A stretch of 64,000 bases of DNA from Tubulanus polymorphus (Eukaryota; Animalia; Nemertea), in the NCBI RefSeq assembly GCF_964204645.1, contig NC_134033.1, positions 6,410,231-6,474,230 of the forward strand, given 5' to 3'. The notes under the pieces are model-generated. The model made no database searches and was not told the DNA's origin. It saw only the letters and a program-made list of their open reading frames with translations. Shown here one piece after another: positions 1 to 45,192 of the stretch. The translations under genes and the position numbers were made by a program. How positions within the stretch are numbered: the stretch's first letter is position 1; every line of letters begins with the position of its first letter.

Positions 1-725
1 TTCAGTCAGTTGTCGGAGTTTCGAATTGTTCAGGCGTTGAGCATTGACGTTGTTGGTAGTGTATTAGTTCAATGGTGGTCAAACAAATACCCCATTGTCA
101 GTGTCACACTAAATCCATGCGCGTTGTTCGATTTCGTCATTTCATCAGCATAAACTATGTATAGGCCTTCGATACTCTGGCTGATAGAGGACGTGTACAC
201 ATGGTCTGACCTGCAACATGCAATATCAGAGCGATTAAAATCTTTATTGATTGTTGAGAAATTTATGTCAACACAATTTATCAGAAAATTAGATATTTCA
301 CGTAATAATGTCCAATAAGACATACATTTTGAAAAGAATTTAATAAATGACCATGACGATTAAGAATTCGTCCAGGAATTCAGCTCTCTGGAAAGTTTAA
401 GAAAAAAACTTTTGGCCTGAAATATTACAGACTTGTAATTCAAAAGTAGATTAGAGAGAATCATAGGAATGTAATTACCTAGAGATAGGAGAAGGAAATC
501 GAAATGGTGACCGGTTTTAAAAAAAAGTCCTAAGATTTGCCTTTTTATTCTTTTGGCGATTAGGATCATTTTAAACCTCAAAAACGTTATAGAAAAATAA
601 ATCTGTATTTCAATTTCAGTGAAAATGTTGGTTGACTTATAACGAATAACTGAGAATTAGCCTATGATCAGGCACCGTCTTGCTAAAAAGGTTGATGAAA
701 TTTTGAAGTGTTAAATGATATCGAG

Positions 726-1004
726 CATCCTCCCCCGGCAGGGATTCGAACCTGATGGCATCGAGATTGCCATGGTACGAAACCCTGCCACACTAGATGG
801 AGTGCGTTTTAGCCTGGGTTTCCCATTTATAGTTCTTTCCTGAAATTTACCTCAGCGATTATACAACGAGCAATCTGATTGGTGCTGCATTTCGTGCGGC
901 AAAGCTGCGCATGTACCTGTGCACCCGGTCTGGTGTCGCAGGGGTTCGTGCCGTGGCTGAGTGTAGCGATGCCATCAGGTTCGAATCCCTGCCTGGAGAG
1001 GATG
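726..1004. mobile_element. MITE with about 75-80-bp TIRs containing a tRNA-like B-box; 9-bp TSD (Mutator-like)
   Basis: Arms catcctcccccggcagggattcgaacctgatggcatcg and cgatgccatcaggttcgaatccctgcctggagaggatg; perfect direct repeat GATATCGAG at 717-725 and 1005-1013. Confidence 0.85.
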
Positions 1005-1689
1005 GATATCGAGTAGCTCGCGCACGGTTGCCGTTAACGGTGGTGGGTCATTCTTTTCAATGGCTCGATGTTAGAACACAACAACGACCCATCCCTCGGG
1101 CTTTCGTCTCCTCTTCCATTGCAGTTACATATACATACTACTACCTTATTGTTACGCAATGACGCGGTCGGGTAAAGACGTTAATTACTTTCAGAATTAA
1201 ACGAGGGGATGGTCGTTATTTTGTCGGAAGTTCTATCGTGATCATTTACGCAGTAAAACGCTGGTGTAAGACCAGTGAGACGCGACTGAGACATTATCTA
1301 GTAGGTGGCGCAATAGGCCTACGTCTCAAACAACCGGTCACTGTTTTTAATGTCAAGGTTCATAGCGGTCCTTGAAGGCCGTGGAAAGTTGTGATTTATG
1401 ATAAGTACAGCTCGAATTGTATTGTCAGGTCTAGTGCACTGGTCTGTCGTAATTTCAACTCAACTGAAAACAATGATTGGACAATGGGAGCAGCGATTAT
1501 ATTTTTGATATAAATCCTTATGAATGTCATAGAATGGGATCGTTTATGGACTCTATGAACCTCAATATGTTGACATCTGTGTTGTGTGTTGGTGGTTAAG
1601 TGTTCACTTTTATTGCAATTACCCCATATTTTGATTTGGGAAAACATTGAAAAATCACCCGGTTCAAAAAAAAGAAAATTTGAGTTTCT

Positions 1690-1878
1690 GTTTAATGCGG
1701 GAAGCATGCGATTGACGCTGAAATAATGGCGAATGTCTGAGGGCTCGGATTCTAGCGAAGCAATCGGATCGGCGTCGACAAGTCAATGGTAGTTTTCGGA
1801 AACTGACAAGACTCTGCGTCTGGTTATAGTATTTAATTTCGGACTGCAATTTCATCTGCGGCTGATCGTGTTTTCCAG
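1690..1878 (+). promoter_or_regulatory. Putative promoter and non-coding first exon of TBL1XR1
   Basis: CpG-rich tract with an AATGGCG (YY1-like) motif near 1725 and a donor CAG|gtaatt at 1878/1879. The ATG-containing exon has its own acceptor, so an upstream exon is required. The link to this exon is inferred. Confidence 0.4.
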
Positions 1879-2262
1879 GTAATTGTAGTTTATTTCGCCA
1901 GTCCCCGTCGCAGTTATATACGAATAAACAAACGTGGCGTGCGCACGCTCAAAGACCGTGATCGATGCATACCTGGAAGAAGCGATCGACGCCGGGCTAG
2001 CTCAGATATCAGTGTGTGTGTCGTATAGACGTTCATTTTCCCTCGACTAGAAATAGATTCCGCTTGAAACGGTTTCATCGTCGTCGATAAACAACTTCTG
2101 CAAGCGAACAAACGGCCTTGACCTTTGAGTGACATACACTCGCTATGCTCGTTGGAGCTTGAATCGCTTGCTCGCTCCTCGTGCTGGATGTAATAATAAA
2201 AACAGCCTCTTCGTTCGTATTGACGTACGTTGTCATGGATACGAATCCATAACTCTTTCTAC

Positions 2263-2412
2263 GCTCTCTCTCTCTCTCTCCCTCCTCTCTCTCCCCTCTC
2301 TCTCCCTCTCTCCCTCCCTCCCTCCCCCCTCTCTCTCCCCCTCTCTCCCCCTCTCCCTCCCTGCTCAATGTGCGTTGTAAGAACTACTGCTCAATGTGCG
2401 TTGTAAGAACTA
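2263..2412. repeat. (CT)n/(TCCC)n polypyrimidine tract followed by a 26-bp direct duplication
   Basis: Seen directly; ctgctcaatgtgcgttgtaagaacta occurs twice. Confidence 0.85.
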
Positions 2413-5400
2413 CTGACGGAGTTACTATTGTGCGATTTGAGACATTGTGTATGCATCGTGCTATAGTGTGTGTACCGCGTGTGGAGTATGGATTGATCAA
2501 ATTGAGTAAAAGGCGGCGAGCGAAGAGATGAGAAGGAGCAGTGTGTTCTCCGTGTGTCCAAGGGTGACGTGCGTTGAACATTGATAAATGCACGATATCG
2601 TGGCTGCAGCTGGAGTAGCAAGGGTTTCGATCCCCAAAAATACCAAAAAAAAGCTTAATTTTGGCGCAATCTTCCATTTTTTTACTTAGCTCAATACATT
2701 TCAGAGAAATTGTCAGCATTTAGGCCTAGAATATTGGCATTCACCCAGTCAATACGGGCAGAAGATATTTTATAAGGGGGTGGCTGATTTTCAGAGGGGT
2801 GGATGTGACGATGAAGGGGGGCGCATCTAAAAACCTGTCGTGGAGAACACTGAAGAGGGATAGTTTGGCGTTGAATCGAGGTAGAGAAGAGAGATTGCGA
2901 GTGCTTTCCTGCACCTGGGGATGAAAAAAAATGATAAAATCGATGCCCTCTTTAACAGCTGTTTTATGTTTGATTGTGGATGAGAACAGTTCCACGAAAA
3001 CATGCTCAGTTGAATGCGTCTGACTATAGCTAGGTCTCGCGCTAGAATTGAACCCGGGTTTTCGATTTTAGTAAGCGGGTTCGACGCGAAAAGCCGTGTT
3101 CGCTGCGAGCGGCAACCCGGCTTCGGTAGTATGAATCCACATGATCCATAGTTCCGAGTTTGAGGTCAATTGTGGAGCTCGATCGCGGCGTTGAACACGA
3201 GTTTACCATCTACCCTGGAAAAAAATCGAATACGATCGCAGGTTTAATGCGGCTAAAATCTTTTTGGTTTTAACAAGAAGGGTTTATAAAACCCGGGTTT
3301 TGCGGAGAACTCGCACATTGAACCGGTGTTTCAGCGTAGTGTTAGTCGTAGACACGTATACCCGTGGGTATAAGACACAAGCGTAGATGTCTAGCTTTAA
3401 TTATAAATTGATTCAAAATGCTATAATAGTTCAAATAACGCTGTCAAGTTCAATATGAAGCAGGCGGCTCTTCATAAAGTTCATCATTGCATATTTTCAT
3501 ATCAAGGCAGAAGTGGCCAATTTTCATGTAGTTTTTACATGACAGTCGAGGATTGCACTCAAGAGGCAGTCGAAGATTCTGCGAGGATTGGTTGTCTGAG
3601 TCAGGGAACCACTACACCGGTTATCCCGCCAGATGGTGTGACGAGTATTGAGTCTTACATTGACAAAACTTGTTTGTTAGAACTGAATTTTTAGGCTCCC
3701 GTATCATTGCATTATCACAATACCCACTATACATTAAATTCATTTTTCTACTCGGCGATTGATATAGTTTTCATTAATTTATGATTTATCTATATGCCCT
3801 ATTCAAGAGAAAAGTCTCATTTTGGTGAAAACTTCTACGAGTAAACGTTGTATTAATGCCAGCACTGTTGTGAAAGTAATATTTGTGGTCGGTGTTCCCT
3901 GGAAACTCAGTTGTTTGATTATACCTTGTTTTTTTTAGCCAGGCTCTACTGTGACAGTTTGATTAGGCTATATTTCTGCGGAATTCCTATGAAAATAACT
4001 AGATGAATAGGGATCGATTTTGCGGTTGGTAATTTGTGGATCAACAACCTGGAGCTGTGTGTGAGTCTGTGTGTGTGTATGTGTGCACGCATGCTACTAT
4101 TTTTGAACTGGGTTCGATCGCTACACATGTATCATATAGAATGGTTAGTGCGTGGAAGCTTCCAACTTATCTCCTATTTGGTTCGATGCTTTTTCACGTT
4201 TTAAAAACCCACTGTTTATACTTCACCAACAGCGCAATTTTAGGGGTATGATATCAGTTGATGTCATCTAGGGCTGTATTGGTGTTTCAAAAAAGCAACA
4301 AAATTTACGAATCTTAGCATTTGTTTAGTGATTGTGAAAATTAAACGCCTCTCAATTTACTATATGATGAATTTTCATTTATTCAGATTTCATTAATGAA
4401 TTAGTGTGTTGAGTGGATCTGCGTCATCAGTCACAAGAAGGCGCGTTCGCTGAGTTGTTACAACCACCGATCACTGGTCTCGTCAATACAGGTTTCATGG
4501 TTTCGAATTCGGCAGCAACAGAATTTTTGGGTCAAAGGTTCTTAGGTTTCAATGCGGATTTCCCTATAAGGTGATGAATTTCATTGGTCCCAAACGATTG
4601 ATCCCGGATTAAGCGGGTTATACTGTCACCTTTCAAAAGGTATGCTGCAACAGGACCTCCATCCATCATCGACATGCAAGTTCGCACTCCTTTCATCCAC
4701 CCCTAGTCCGGTAGGGAGAGTTGAAAATCAAAGCCAACTTTATTAATCTTTAAGTTGTTTATTAATTGTTTTTCGTAGAGTCAACTGTACCACCTCCAAT
4801 TCATTTTATTTCCCGGTAGGGGTGGTACATGTTCAATAAGTGCCTGTAAGATGGCTATGAGCACTGCTATCCACCCTTGTCATAATAGAATGTCTTGTTT
4901 ACATGTAGTTGTCATTTGGAATGACTCGAGCACAGACCTAGTCGATTTCATTCATCCCTGAGGGGTATTAGGTAGCTGCATAATAGGTGCGTGCAACTGA
5001 ATTTAGATTAACCTAGATTTAAAGGCTTGCTAGGCTCGAATCATTGGCACTATCCTGGTATCGTCAGTAGGCCTATGCTAGATTTTTTGTCGGCATACTG
5101 AGAATTGAAATAACAATCAGCCCTGAAGGGGTATAAGAAATTTCTGATTACACCATTCTGGATGCCTACAACTCCTAATGCCTTTGATTTGAGCGAAATG
5201 CCTGAACCAGTTGAAAAGAAATAGGCAATTAGAAATGTTTGTAGGTTGTACATTAAGTACAGTTTCGGTACATTTAGTACCAGGATTTTTACGTTACCCA
5301 ATCAGGAGTTTACGGAAGTAGAATCTTGAGTTCAGTAACTAGTTGTAAATGATCTAACTATTGCTTACAAAACCATAAACCGGAGACTGAACCTTGAAAT

Positions 5401-5425
5401 ATGAAATCTCAATCGAAACTCCTTA

Positions 5426-6190
5426 AGGGGGGCTCAGATCGACCTTACGACGCGACAATTGGTCGGCGACTACCGCCGATCGTCGCACGATTTTCGTCGC
5501 CGATTCTAGTTGATCTGAGTCTAGCTAGGACCGTCGTGCGACAGTTTTTCACGATCGGCGACTGAATCGCAGGAGTTGAACATGTTCTACTTCTATGACG
5601 CGACGGAACCAGTCGCCGACTCGTCGTCGTCGATGTGCGTGTTTTTGCCATGAGTTGCCGACTCCACAACTAATTTCAGCCAATCAGAGTGGCGGATCAA
5701 AAATGAACATGGCGACCTCATGGCCCGCCAAATATGATGGAAAGCTCTTTGTTATTGTGAGAAGAGAAACACAGCCTCCATATACAACGCGGCTGCTGCT
5801 GCTGCTGCCTTTCCATGAAATTTTGGATGTTGATAAGAAAAAACCTTTGATGAATAGCCTAAAATCATGAATATTATATGATTCACTCTAAAAATTTCAA
5901 TTTTTCTCTCACAATAATGCCGCTAAATAGATGGAGAGTTTATGGAATAAAATGGCATACATATTGTTATTTTTTATTGGGAAATGTGTGCACGTAGCTT
6001 TGAACGGGTCACGTGATCTACTCTTAGGGAGCCCACGACTCGGAATATCGGTGTCGATGTGAGCGCGCTCATGTCCAGTCGTTATGACCAATAGCAACTG
6101 GTCGGCGATTACCGCTGAATTCGATCTGAGTGCAATCTATGATAGTCGCCGACAGTTGAGTCGCGTCGTAAGGTCGATCTGAGCCCGGCT
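5426..6190. mobile_element. PIF/Harbinger-like MITE
   Basis: TIRs gggctcagatcgaccttacgacgcgac and gtcgcgtcgtaaggtcgatctgagccc; TTA on both flanks. Confidence 0.75.
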
Positions 6191-7699
6191 TTAAGTCTAG
6201 GAACGACTGATATGCAGGGACCAGCCATTTTTTAATCACCAAACTTCGACGCGGGATACCCATCCCGAGAATATAACCAGACTCTAGAATCGTGTCTGCC
6301 TTTTATTTGAGCTTTGGGGTAGTCACCGGCAAACGAAACTGAATCGAGTCAATGTAAATTACCGAGGACATAGCGCCCTCTCTCTCCCTGGAAGTATATG
6401 TGGTCTCTTCACTTACTTGTCAGCCATTTGAACGTGTTTACATGATGAATTCAGAGCGACTCATTGCTCTGTATGTGGTGTGTTGTGTGTGTATTGGGTT
6501 TATAGTTGGATTTTATCGATCGTGGTGGAAGAGGTCAAGGTCGTATGCCAGATAAAGACTCAACAGTGTACGTGCGCTCTCACCCTCATAATATAAACAG
6601 TGTTTACACGAAACTAGTTCTAGAAAGTTTGTGCGCACTATTGGGCAATTCCAGATGAGAAACTCAATTTCGGTAAATCACTTATCACTTAATTTCACGA
6701 AATGTTTCTGAATTGTGATTTTCAAGTAGAAAACATCATAGGCTTTCAGAATTTTAGCACATTGAATCAGATTATTAAGCATTTCCATATTTTTTTCAAC
6801 ATGGCAAGATGGGCTATTTCATGTACAATTTCATACGAATGATAGCTGACTACTTTGAGCTTGGTTTACTTGTCAAACCAATGATTTTATATAGAGTTTT
6901 CCACTGTAAATATAATCACTGGATGTGTTTATTTCAATATTCCTCTCTCAAAAATAAAGTCACCGTTAATGGGGAATAAAAAATCCCTATGCCACAATAC
7001 TGAGTTCTCCCGTAATTCCATAAAAACATGGTTTACTTTCACTGCGAGGCAAGTTATCACCAGATTTTTAAGAAAACTAGATTTTTCTTTATTCATACTT
7101 AGAACAATGTGTACCTATAAAGAAAATCAGGGATGAGAATTCCCCGCGGATTTCAGCATTGAAAAATATTAATTTTCCAAATAGTCCAAAAATGATGTAA
7201 AAGTATAGGGGGGGGGGGGTGTGATGATCTCACTCAATTGGTCTGGCGGTAATCAGGTGAACCAACCGTAAAAGCGTTCAGTGCCTGTTTTACTTGTATC
7301 GCATTTCAATGCATATTCGTTGCAACACTGATTTTTTAGCAAAGCTGTTTTCAGTCCTATTCTCGAAGAATGGTCGACAGAGCGAAAGAGTCCGGAACAG
7401 AGCGAAAGAGTAACGAGCGAACTATCAGTTTGGAATACCAAAACTGGAACTGACTTTATTTTTACACATAGCTATTTATATAACACAGATTCAGACAGGT
7501 TGAGACATGCAAAATGATACAAAAACAAAGGTGACGAGTAGTGACATGACAGTGAGACCAACAACAATAACACATTCTGACACAGATAAACAGTCTCAGA
7601 GGACAATGAGTAATAAGACGGAGACATAAAACAATAAAGAAATACGAAATATAGATGAAATATGTATAACAATTATCAGTGACATTTAGTGTTGTTAAA

Positions 7700-8047
7700 A
7701 TTTTGTATCTACTACTATGAATGTGTATGTATTTTATCGATAGGTTGCAGACACGCAGTAGCAGTAGTAATAATGTATATAGGCCTACTTACTGTTGCTG
7801 TGCGTGTGTGTGGTAAACACCTTTTACTGGGTGATGATTTTTAGTGTGCATTCATCGGAGCATTTTAACTGCAATAATTCAGGGCTCGACCCGTAATGCA
7901 TGAGATGCTGTATGTCATCGAATGAGGATGTGCCATATTGGAACTTGCCATTACCTTCCAAAATATAATAGTCGTTCATGGGTTCAAGATTGCTCTAAGT
8001 GCTCGGAAAATGCTTTTAATTTCTAAAATTTTCTTGGGGAGAACCCC
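7700..8047 (+). repeat. Dispersed repeat of about 350 bp; second copy at about 42345-42700
   Basis: Collinear similarity (gtatctacta…ggttgcagacacgca…gggttcaagat…ttcttggggag). Confidence 0.75.
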
Positions 8048-11000
8048 AGTTTTTCTAGCTGAAATAGCCATCCAAAGGTCTCCATTGAGCTGTGTTTGGT
8101 GTCTTGATTTCAAATCTAACTTGCCATACAAATTGATTGAAGTGTCTGAACTGTAATTCCGTTACCTTGGAATTGCCCTTGCGTTGAATGCACTGGAAAG
8201 CGGAATAAGGCGATGATTTCGTTGAAATGCGAGTTTTATGATGGTCGGAATGATTAGATTATGAAGCGGAATGTTAAAAACAGTATTTCTAGGGTTTTTT
8301 CGCGGGTTAAGCAAATGTTGTTATCAGGATGGTTTTTAAATTCAGCACAGCTGAATCTATTAGTATAAAACGGAGTGCTGAATTCGTGTTGACCGCTATC
8401 TCCTCCGAGTTTGAAATGATTCACGGGCTAAGGTTTGCATTTAGTTGGCTGTTATAACGGCAGCTAAGTGGCAACTGCTTTTGAAGGCTATTGGTGACGC
8501 CTAAATTGGGTAAATTGGCAATTTTATGCCGTTTTTGGGGATTTTTAGCGATGTAGTGTGACGTCATCTTGATTAGTCTGAATACCAGTCGTTGTTACGG
8601 TTCCGTACAACGTCTGACGCTAAAGTATCATATAGAGGTTAACTCCTGTTAATTGCAATGCAACAACTGATTTTAGTGTCAAATCAAACCTTTGTACTAA
8701 AATAAATAAATAAGTTACCTTGTTAACTTTGAAAATGTGTTTTATGATAAATTTTTTGATGATTTAAATCGCGAACCGGGGAATTTATTGATTTGATTTG
8801 AATTGAATTGATTGCCACTATCGGGATTTCCAATACGGACTAAATTAATAAAATGTGAAAATTCAATATGTCTCTCTAAAATAACTCTAAATGTTATTTT
8901 TTGTTGATAAAGTCTATAACTTTTTACAACAAAACAGATTCTTTCTGTGTGGTCGGGTCTGCCTATCTATTTTTACGCTACAGTGCACCAGCTCAACATG
9001 AACAATATATACGTCAGAGCAGTATCTATTCGCCGGACAGAAGCGACAGTCCAACGTTCCCTCGTAGTATTATTCTATCGGCGTGGCAGCTTACAACACG
9101 CCGTATGAGAGGGTGCGGATCGCGGCTTTCCTAATGTAACCATCTCATCATAGACCTTAGTGTCAAGCAGTAGTGCAAGCAGGACGCCAGGGTCAATAAG
9201 ACGGTTCCCACGCATAGGCAGGATTGTAGCGAGTCAACCGCCGCGAAGCAAAACTTTTGAATTCAACGAATATACTTCACAATATTGGTCGACATAAATA
9301 AATCTGTTTAGTTGTAAAATGTTATAGACATAATCAGTTCATTTCTAAACTGCCGCGTCTGATATAGTAAAATATCATTGATCATGGTTTAAAAAAAGTA
9401 GTGTACAAGGTAGATATGTGGCTTTTCCTCTGTATCAGTACATTGCTAAACAGAAACAATATTGCCTGATCATATCATCTCTCTGAAATTGCTGTGTCGG
9501 CATAGCCTAGAAGTAACATAAGCTAGTTCTCATAACGCGTTCGTCGAAGATTGTTGTGTTTTTCGTTTTTGATAAACGCGAATCAAACTATTAACTGCCG
9601 CATTTCTAATTCAACGCGTCTGGCGCGCGCACATTGAATGCACATACGTATTTATAGCAGCTCCCTTCTTTTCGAGTGCAACTTCTTGTATTTGGATGAC
9701 TACACCAGTTACATTTTAAACGCATAATAAGAGCGTTTGAAGTATTGTTGCACCCACAAGCGTGCAGCGAAACGCGTAATTTTGAAACGGATATTCGTCC
9801 CTAACGAGTGTCGAATAAGTTTGGAACTAAACGAAAACGAATGACAGGAACGATATTTTATTGAATGATTTAAAACTAAACACTAACGAAAACGGAGTAA
9901 AGTTTCTTCTAGGCTGTACGGTCGTCTGTTGTATTCGTAATTATCATCCGTTCATATTGACAGCCGATTTTCCGAAAGAAATGTCGGCGACCAATCCTAA
10001 GGGCCACGGCACGAGCTAGGCTTCAGCCGAGGCGCGGGCATTGCCTCATCGATAAATTTGTTTCAATAAAAATGGCGTACATGTACACACACATGGTTGA
10101 AGTAGGATTACGTACCGTGTAGTGGATCATCTATACTATAAAGCAGAACGGACGGCGCGGAATTCTGTGATTTTTTAATGATCTCGTATAGGCCCCGTTC
10201 GCACGCTATTATTGTAATTACTTATTATTATTATTATTATTATTATTATAATACGCTATTACTATATAAAGAGGTCGCCGTGCACGTCGTAGAGCGCGCG
10301 TGCGTTCGTCATTAGAGTCTTGAGCCTCACGTGAACGTCGTCGAATTACATCTAGTCACGTTTGTCTCGTAACGACGCGATTCCCTGGGTCTACTGCTCT
10401 GATGACAAAGGAAAATTATATACATATTTATATATATTATTATCATTATTATTAAACGATTTTATGGTTGATATCATTGTCAGCGCATCCCCTCTTCAAA
10501 TGTGTAGCCGTGTGTTTTTGAATATGCCAATCTTAGAATCTGAGGAAATCGTTTTTCTACGAATTTCTCGCCCAAACCGGCGGCTCTTACCATATCATAC
10601 ACCACCGGTAACGTTGAATTCATGTCATCCATTTAGAAATGGATTCATTCTCTAAATAGGCGGTCGACGAGAAACCATAATTGATAATAATTTATTTGGC
10701 TTGAAATCCGTGCAATAGACATCACATAAAAGGAGAACGGAAAAAAATCCATAACAGTTTTGATTAGCCTGAAAGCTTCGTTAAACGAATGGGTTTTCAT
10801 TTGGGATATTTGAAAACTTCGATCGGAGGACTGGATGTGACTAGACTTATTGAGGATCGATTTAAAGCTGAGGTGACCGTCCGATTCCTCGCACGTGTGC
10901 ATGAACTGTTTGTTGAAAACGATTAGATAGCCCGCATGAATCCCCGAAAACTAGATTCCTTGAAATTCCCCTCCAAACAGAACATGCTTTTAAAGGATAT

Positions 11001-11163
11001 AATAATGCAAGTAACTCTCTCTTATAACTTTTTAATTTTGAGAAATAGGCGAATAGAAATGCTTTACAATAGAAAATATCAATTCTTTGCCAAATTAGAA
11101 TCTGAGTTTAGGTAGTGTTAAGGATAAGATAGCGCTTACAAATCAAAACCACCAAAGTAATGG

Positions 11164-11985
11164 TTTTTTGTCCCCCGTAGCGGTGTAGGCTGCGAGTGGG
11201 GGACTTGGTATCCGCCTTCGTCCGTCCGTCCGCATGAGCTTGTGAACGCGATTCAAGAAGAACCGTTGATCGCAGGACTATGATATTACACAGTATGATT
11301 ACCCCTAGGGAGATGATGTGCCCTTTTGATTTTGGGGTCCAAGGACCAAAGGTCAAGGTCACTACAGGTCATTCATGTGAAAGCTTGTGAACGTCATTCA
11401 AGACGAACCTTTGATAGCAGGACCATGATATTACGTAGTGTGATTACCCCTAGGGAGAGGATGTGTCCTATGGAATCTGGGGTCCAAGGATCAAAGGTCA
11501 AGGTTACTACAGGTCATTCATGTGAAACCTTGTGAACGTGATTCAAGAAGAACCATCGATACAGTACCATGATATTACGTAGTTTGATTACTCCTAGGGA
11601 GAGGATGTGCCCTATTGATTGATGGAGGAAAAGGTCAAGGTCACTACATATCATTCATATGAAACCTTGTAAACACGATTCAAGAAGAACCATTGATAAC
11701 GGAACAATGCTATTTCATAGTATGATTTCCCTGGGGAAAGGATGTGCATTAGTGATTTTGGAGTTCTAGGGTCAAAGGTCAAGGATGGTAGACGTCTTTT
11801 GCCTAAAACCCTGTAAACTCAATTCTTAAATTACCATTCATAGCAGGAAAATGATATTTCATAGTATGGTTATCCCTGGATACACTCATCATTTTTCTAT
11901 ACCAAAGATCAGTGTCATCAGGGGTCGTTCATTCCCTACTGGCTATCGCGGGGGACATAGATATGTAGTATTGAATTGCCTTGTT
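11164..11985 (+). mobile_element. Non-autonomous Helentron/HINE-like element with about 5 x 145-bp internal tandem units
   Basis: Subterminal inverted repeat tgtcccccg (11169) / cgggggaca (11949), 5' hairpin, (GTCC)n microsatellite, units carrying ggtcaaggtca, T-rich ends without TSD. Confidence 0.78.
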
Positions 11986-12517
11986 GAGATTGATAATAGT
12001 ACTGATTCAGGAGGAGTCTATTGTAATTGGAATAGTAGTTCAAGTGATGCAGACTTTCATTGAAATGTGTTCCTATAAAACTCGAGCTACCCAGGAATGA
12101 CTGATCTGTTGGAAAGCTGTCTTGAAGGAATAGAACCCAATAGAACCCAAGAGCTGAAACGTTCTAAAATTAAATATCATTAGCATCAAAGAAACACGAT
12201 TTTAGGACATAGAACCCAATGACTGATCTGTAGGAACCCTGTCTTGAAACAATAGTGGAATAGTGCCTCAAGCAAACTGCCAGATCGCTTTAGCTTTGTG
12301 GCATACAAAAATCTACCACATGAAATTACTGATTTTGCAATCCTGGGAAAATGCATCTGAGCACCTGCATGAAATATTTCCAGTTTATTGCACCCGTACT
12401 CCGCGTGCCTATGTATTGATTATGTGTTGTTTTGTCGTTGTAGGTTTTATTGGTGACTGTTTGTTCAAGTGACACCAGTCCGGATGTTGGAATTTCCGGG
12501 TAGCTGACAACAGAGTC

Positions 12518-44326
<31,809 letters not shown>

Positions 44327-45094
44327 AAGGTGTCTACCTCAAATACTAACGTGTCGAGCCTGCCCCTATGTGCGCTCGCATCACCGTGGCGACAACTAAC
44401 AAACGTCAGTGGTCATAACGCCGACTGTTACTATGGTAACACACAGCCGCCGCGTTCGTGTGTGTGTGTGTGTGGATTTTTCATGTTTCGACCGAAAACA
44501 GGAAACAATGCTGCGACGCGCGGTCGTCGTCGAGCGGGCGACCGTTCGACTGCGAAGTAAAAAAAAAATCAGGGAATAACTTTGCGAATCGAAAACACAC
44601 ACGCGTCGAGCGAGTTCGCGCAACGATGTTGTATAATACACGGGATAGAGATAGGTGGCGCCACCTGATTGTGTACACAGAACGAGGTCGACGACCGAAT
44701 GGAAAGAATCGCTAGAGACAGAGAGAATCAAGGTCTCCGCAACGGACGGATCGTTTGAGCGGAATGCGTCTAACTTTATGAGTGGCGTGTGCTAGTGGGA
44801 GAGAACGACCCCGGTCGGTTATAAATAGATATTTTGTAAATTCTCGGATGTTATTTTCGAGGGTAATTATTATTGATGATGATGATGATTTGTACCGTGT
44901 GCGCTGATGTGTGCCGCCAATGTTGTGCGCATGCAGATGTGTGCTGCCCGGTGTTGTTTGCCCGTGCAGACGTGCTGTGCGCCGCACTGAGATGTGCCGT
45001 CGCCACCGTTGCTGTGCGCGTGTGCGCGAGGTTTTTATTTTGTAAGTATCATTGTGCTGTCTACCTATTCACTAAGATCCCAGCAGATAAAGGT

Positions 45095-45100
45095 AATAAA
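45095..45100 (+). terminator. Candidate polyadenylation signal of TBL1XR1 (3' UTR about 44327-45120)
   Basis: AATAAA at the end of a CpG-rich 3' UTR-like tract, followed by T-rich sequence and then MITE-like DNA. Confidence 0.5.
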
Positions 45101-45192
45101 CAATTGAGGTCCATATTTTCTAAACTTAAATCTTGTTTCTTAATTTATTGTATGACTCGTCCTCATTGTTTAAACATCTTGTGAGCGATACT

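Noticed and set aside
2075-2380. ORFs of 97 and 83 aa
   Set aside because: These are translations of the CT-rich microsatellite.
4440-4720. tRNA-derived SINE
   Set aside because: Degenerate A/B-box-like words only, with no second copy or TSD in the window to support it.
44330-45184. Several overlapping ORFs after the TBL1XR1 stop
   Set aside because: GC-rich, low-complexity 3' UTR sequence with no protein-like features.
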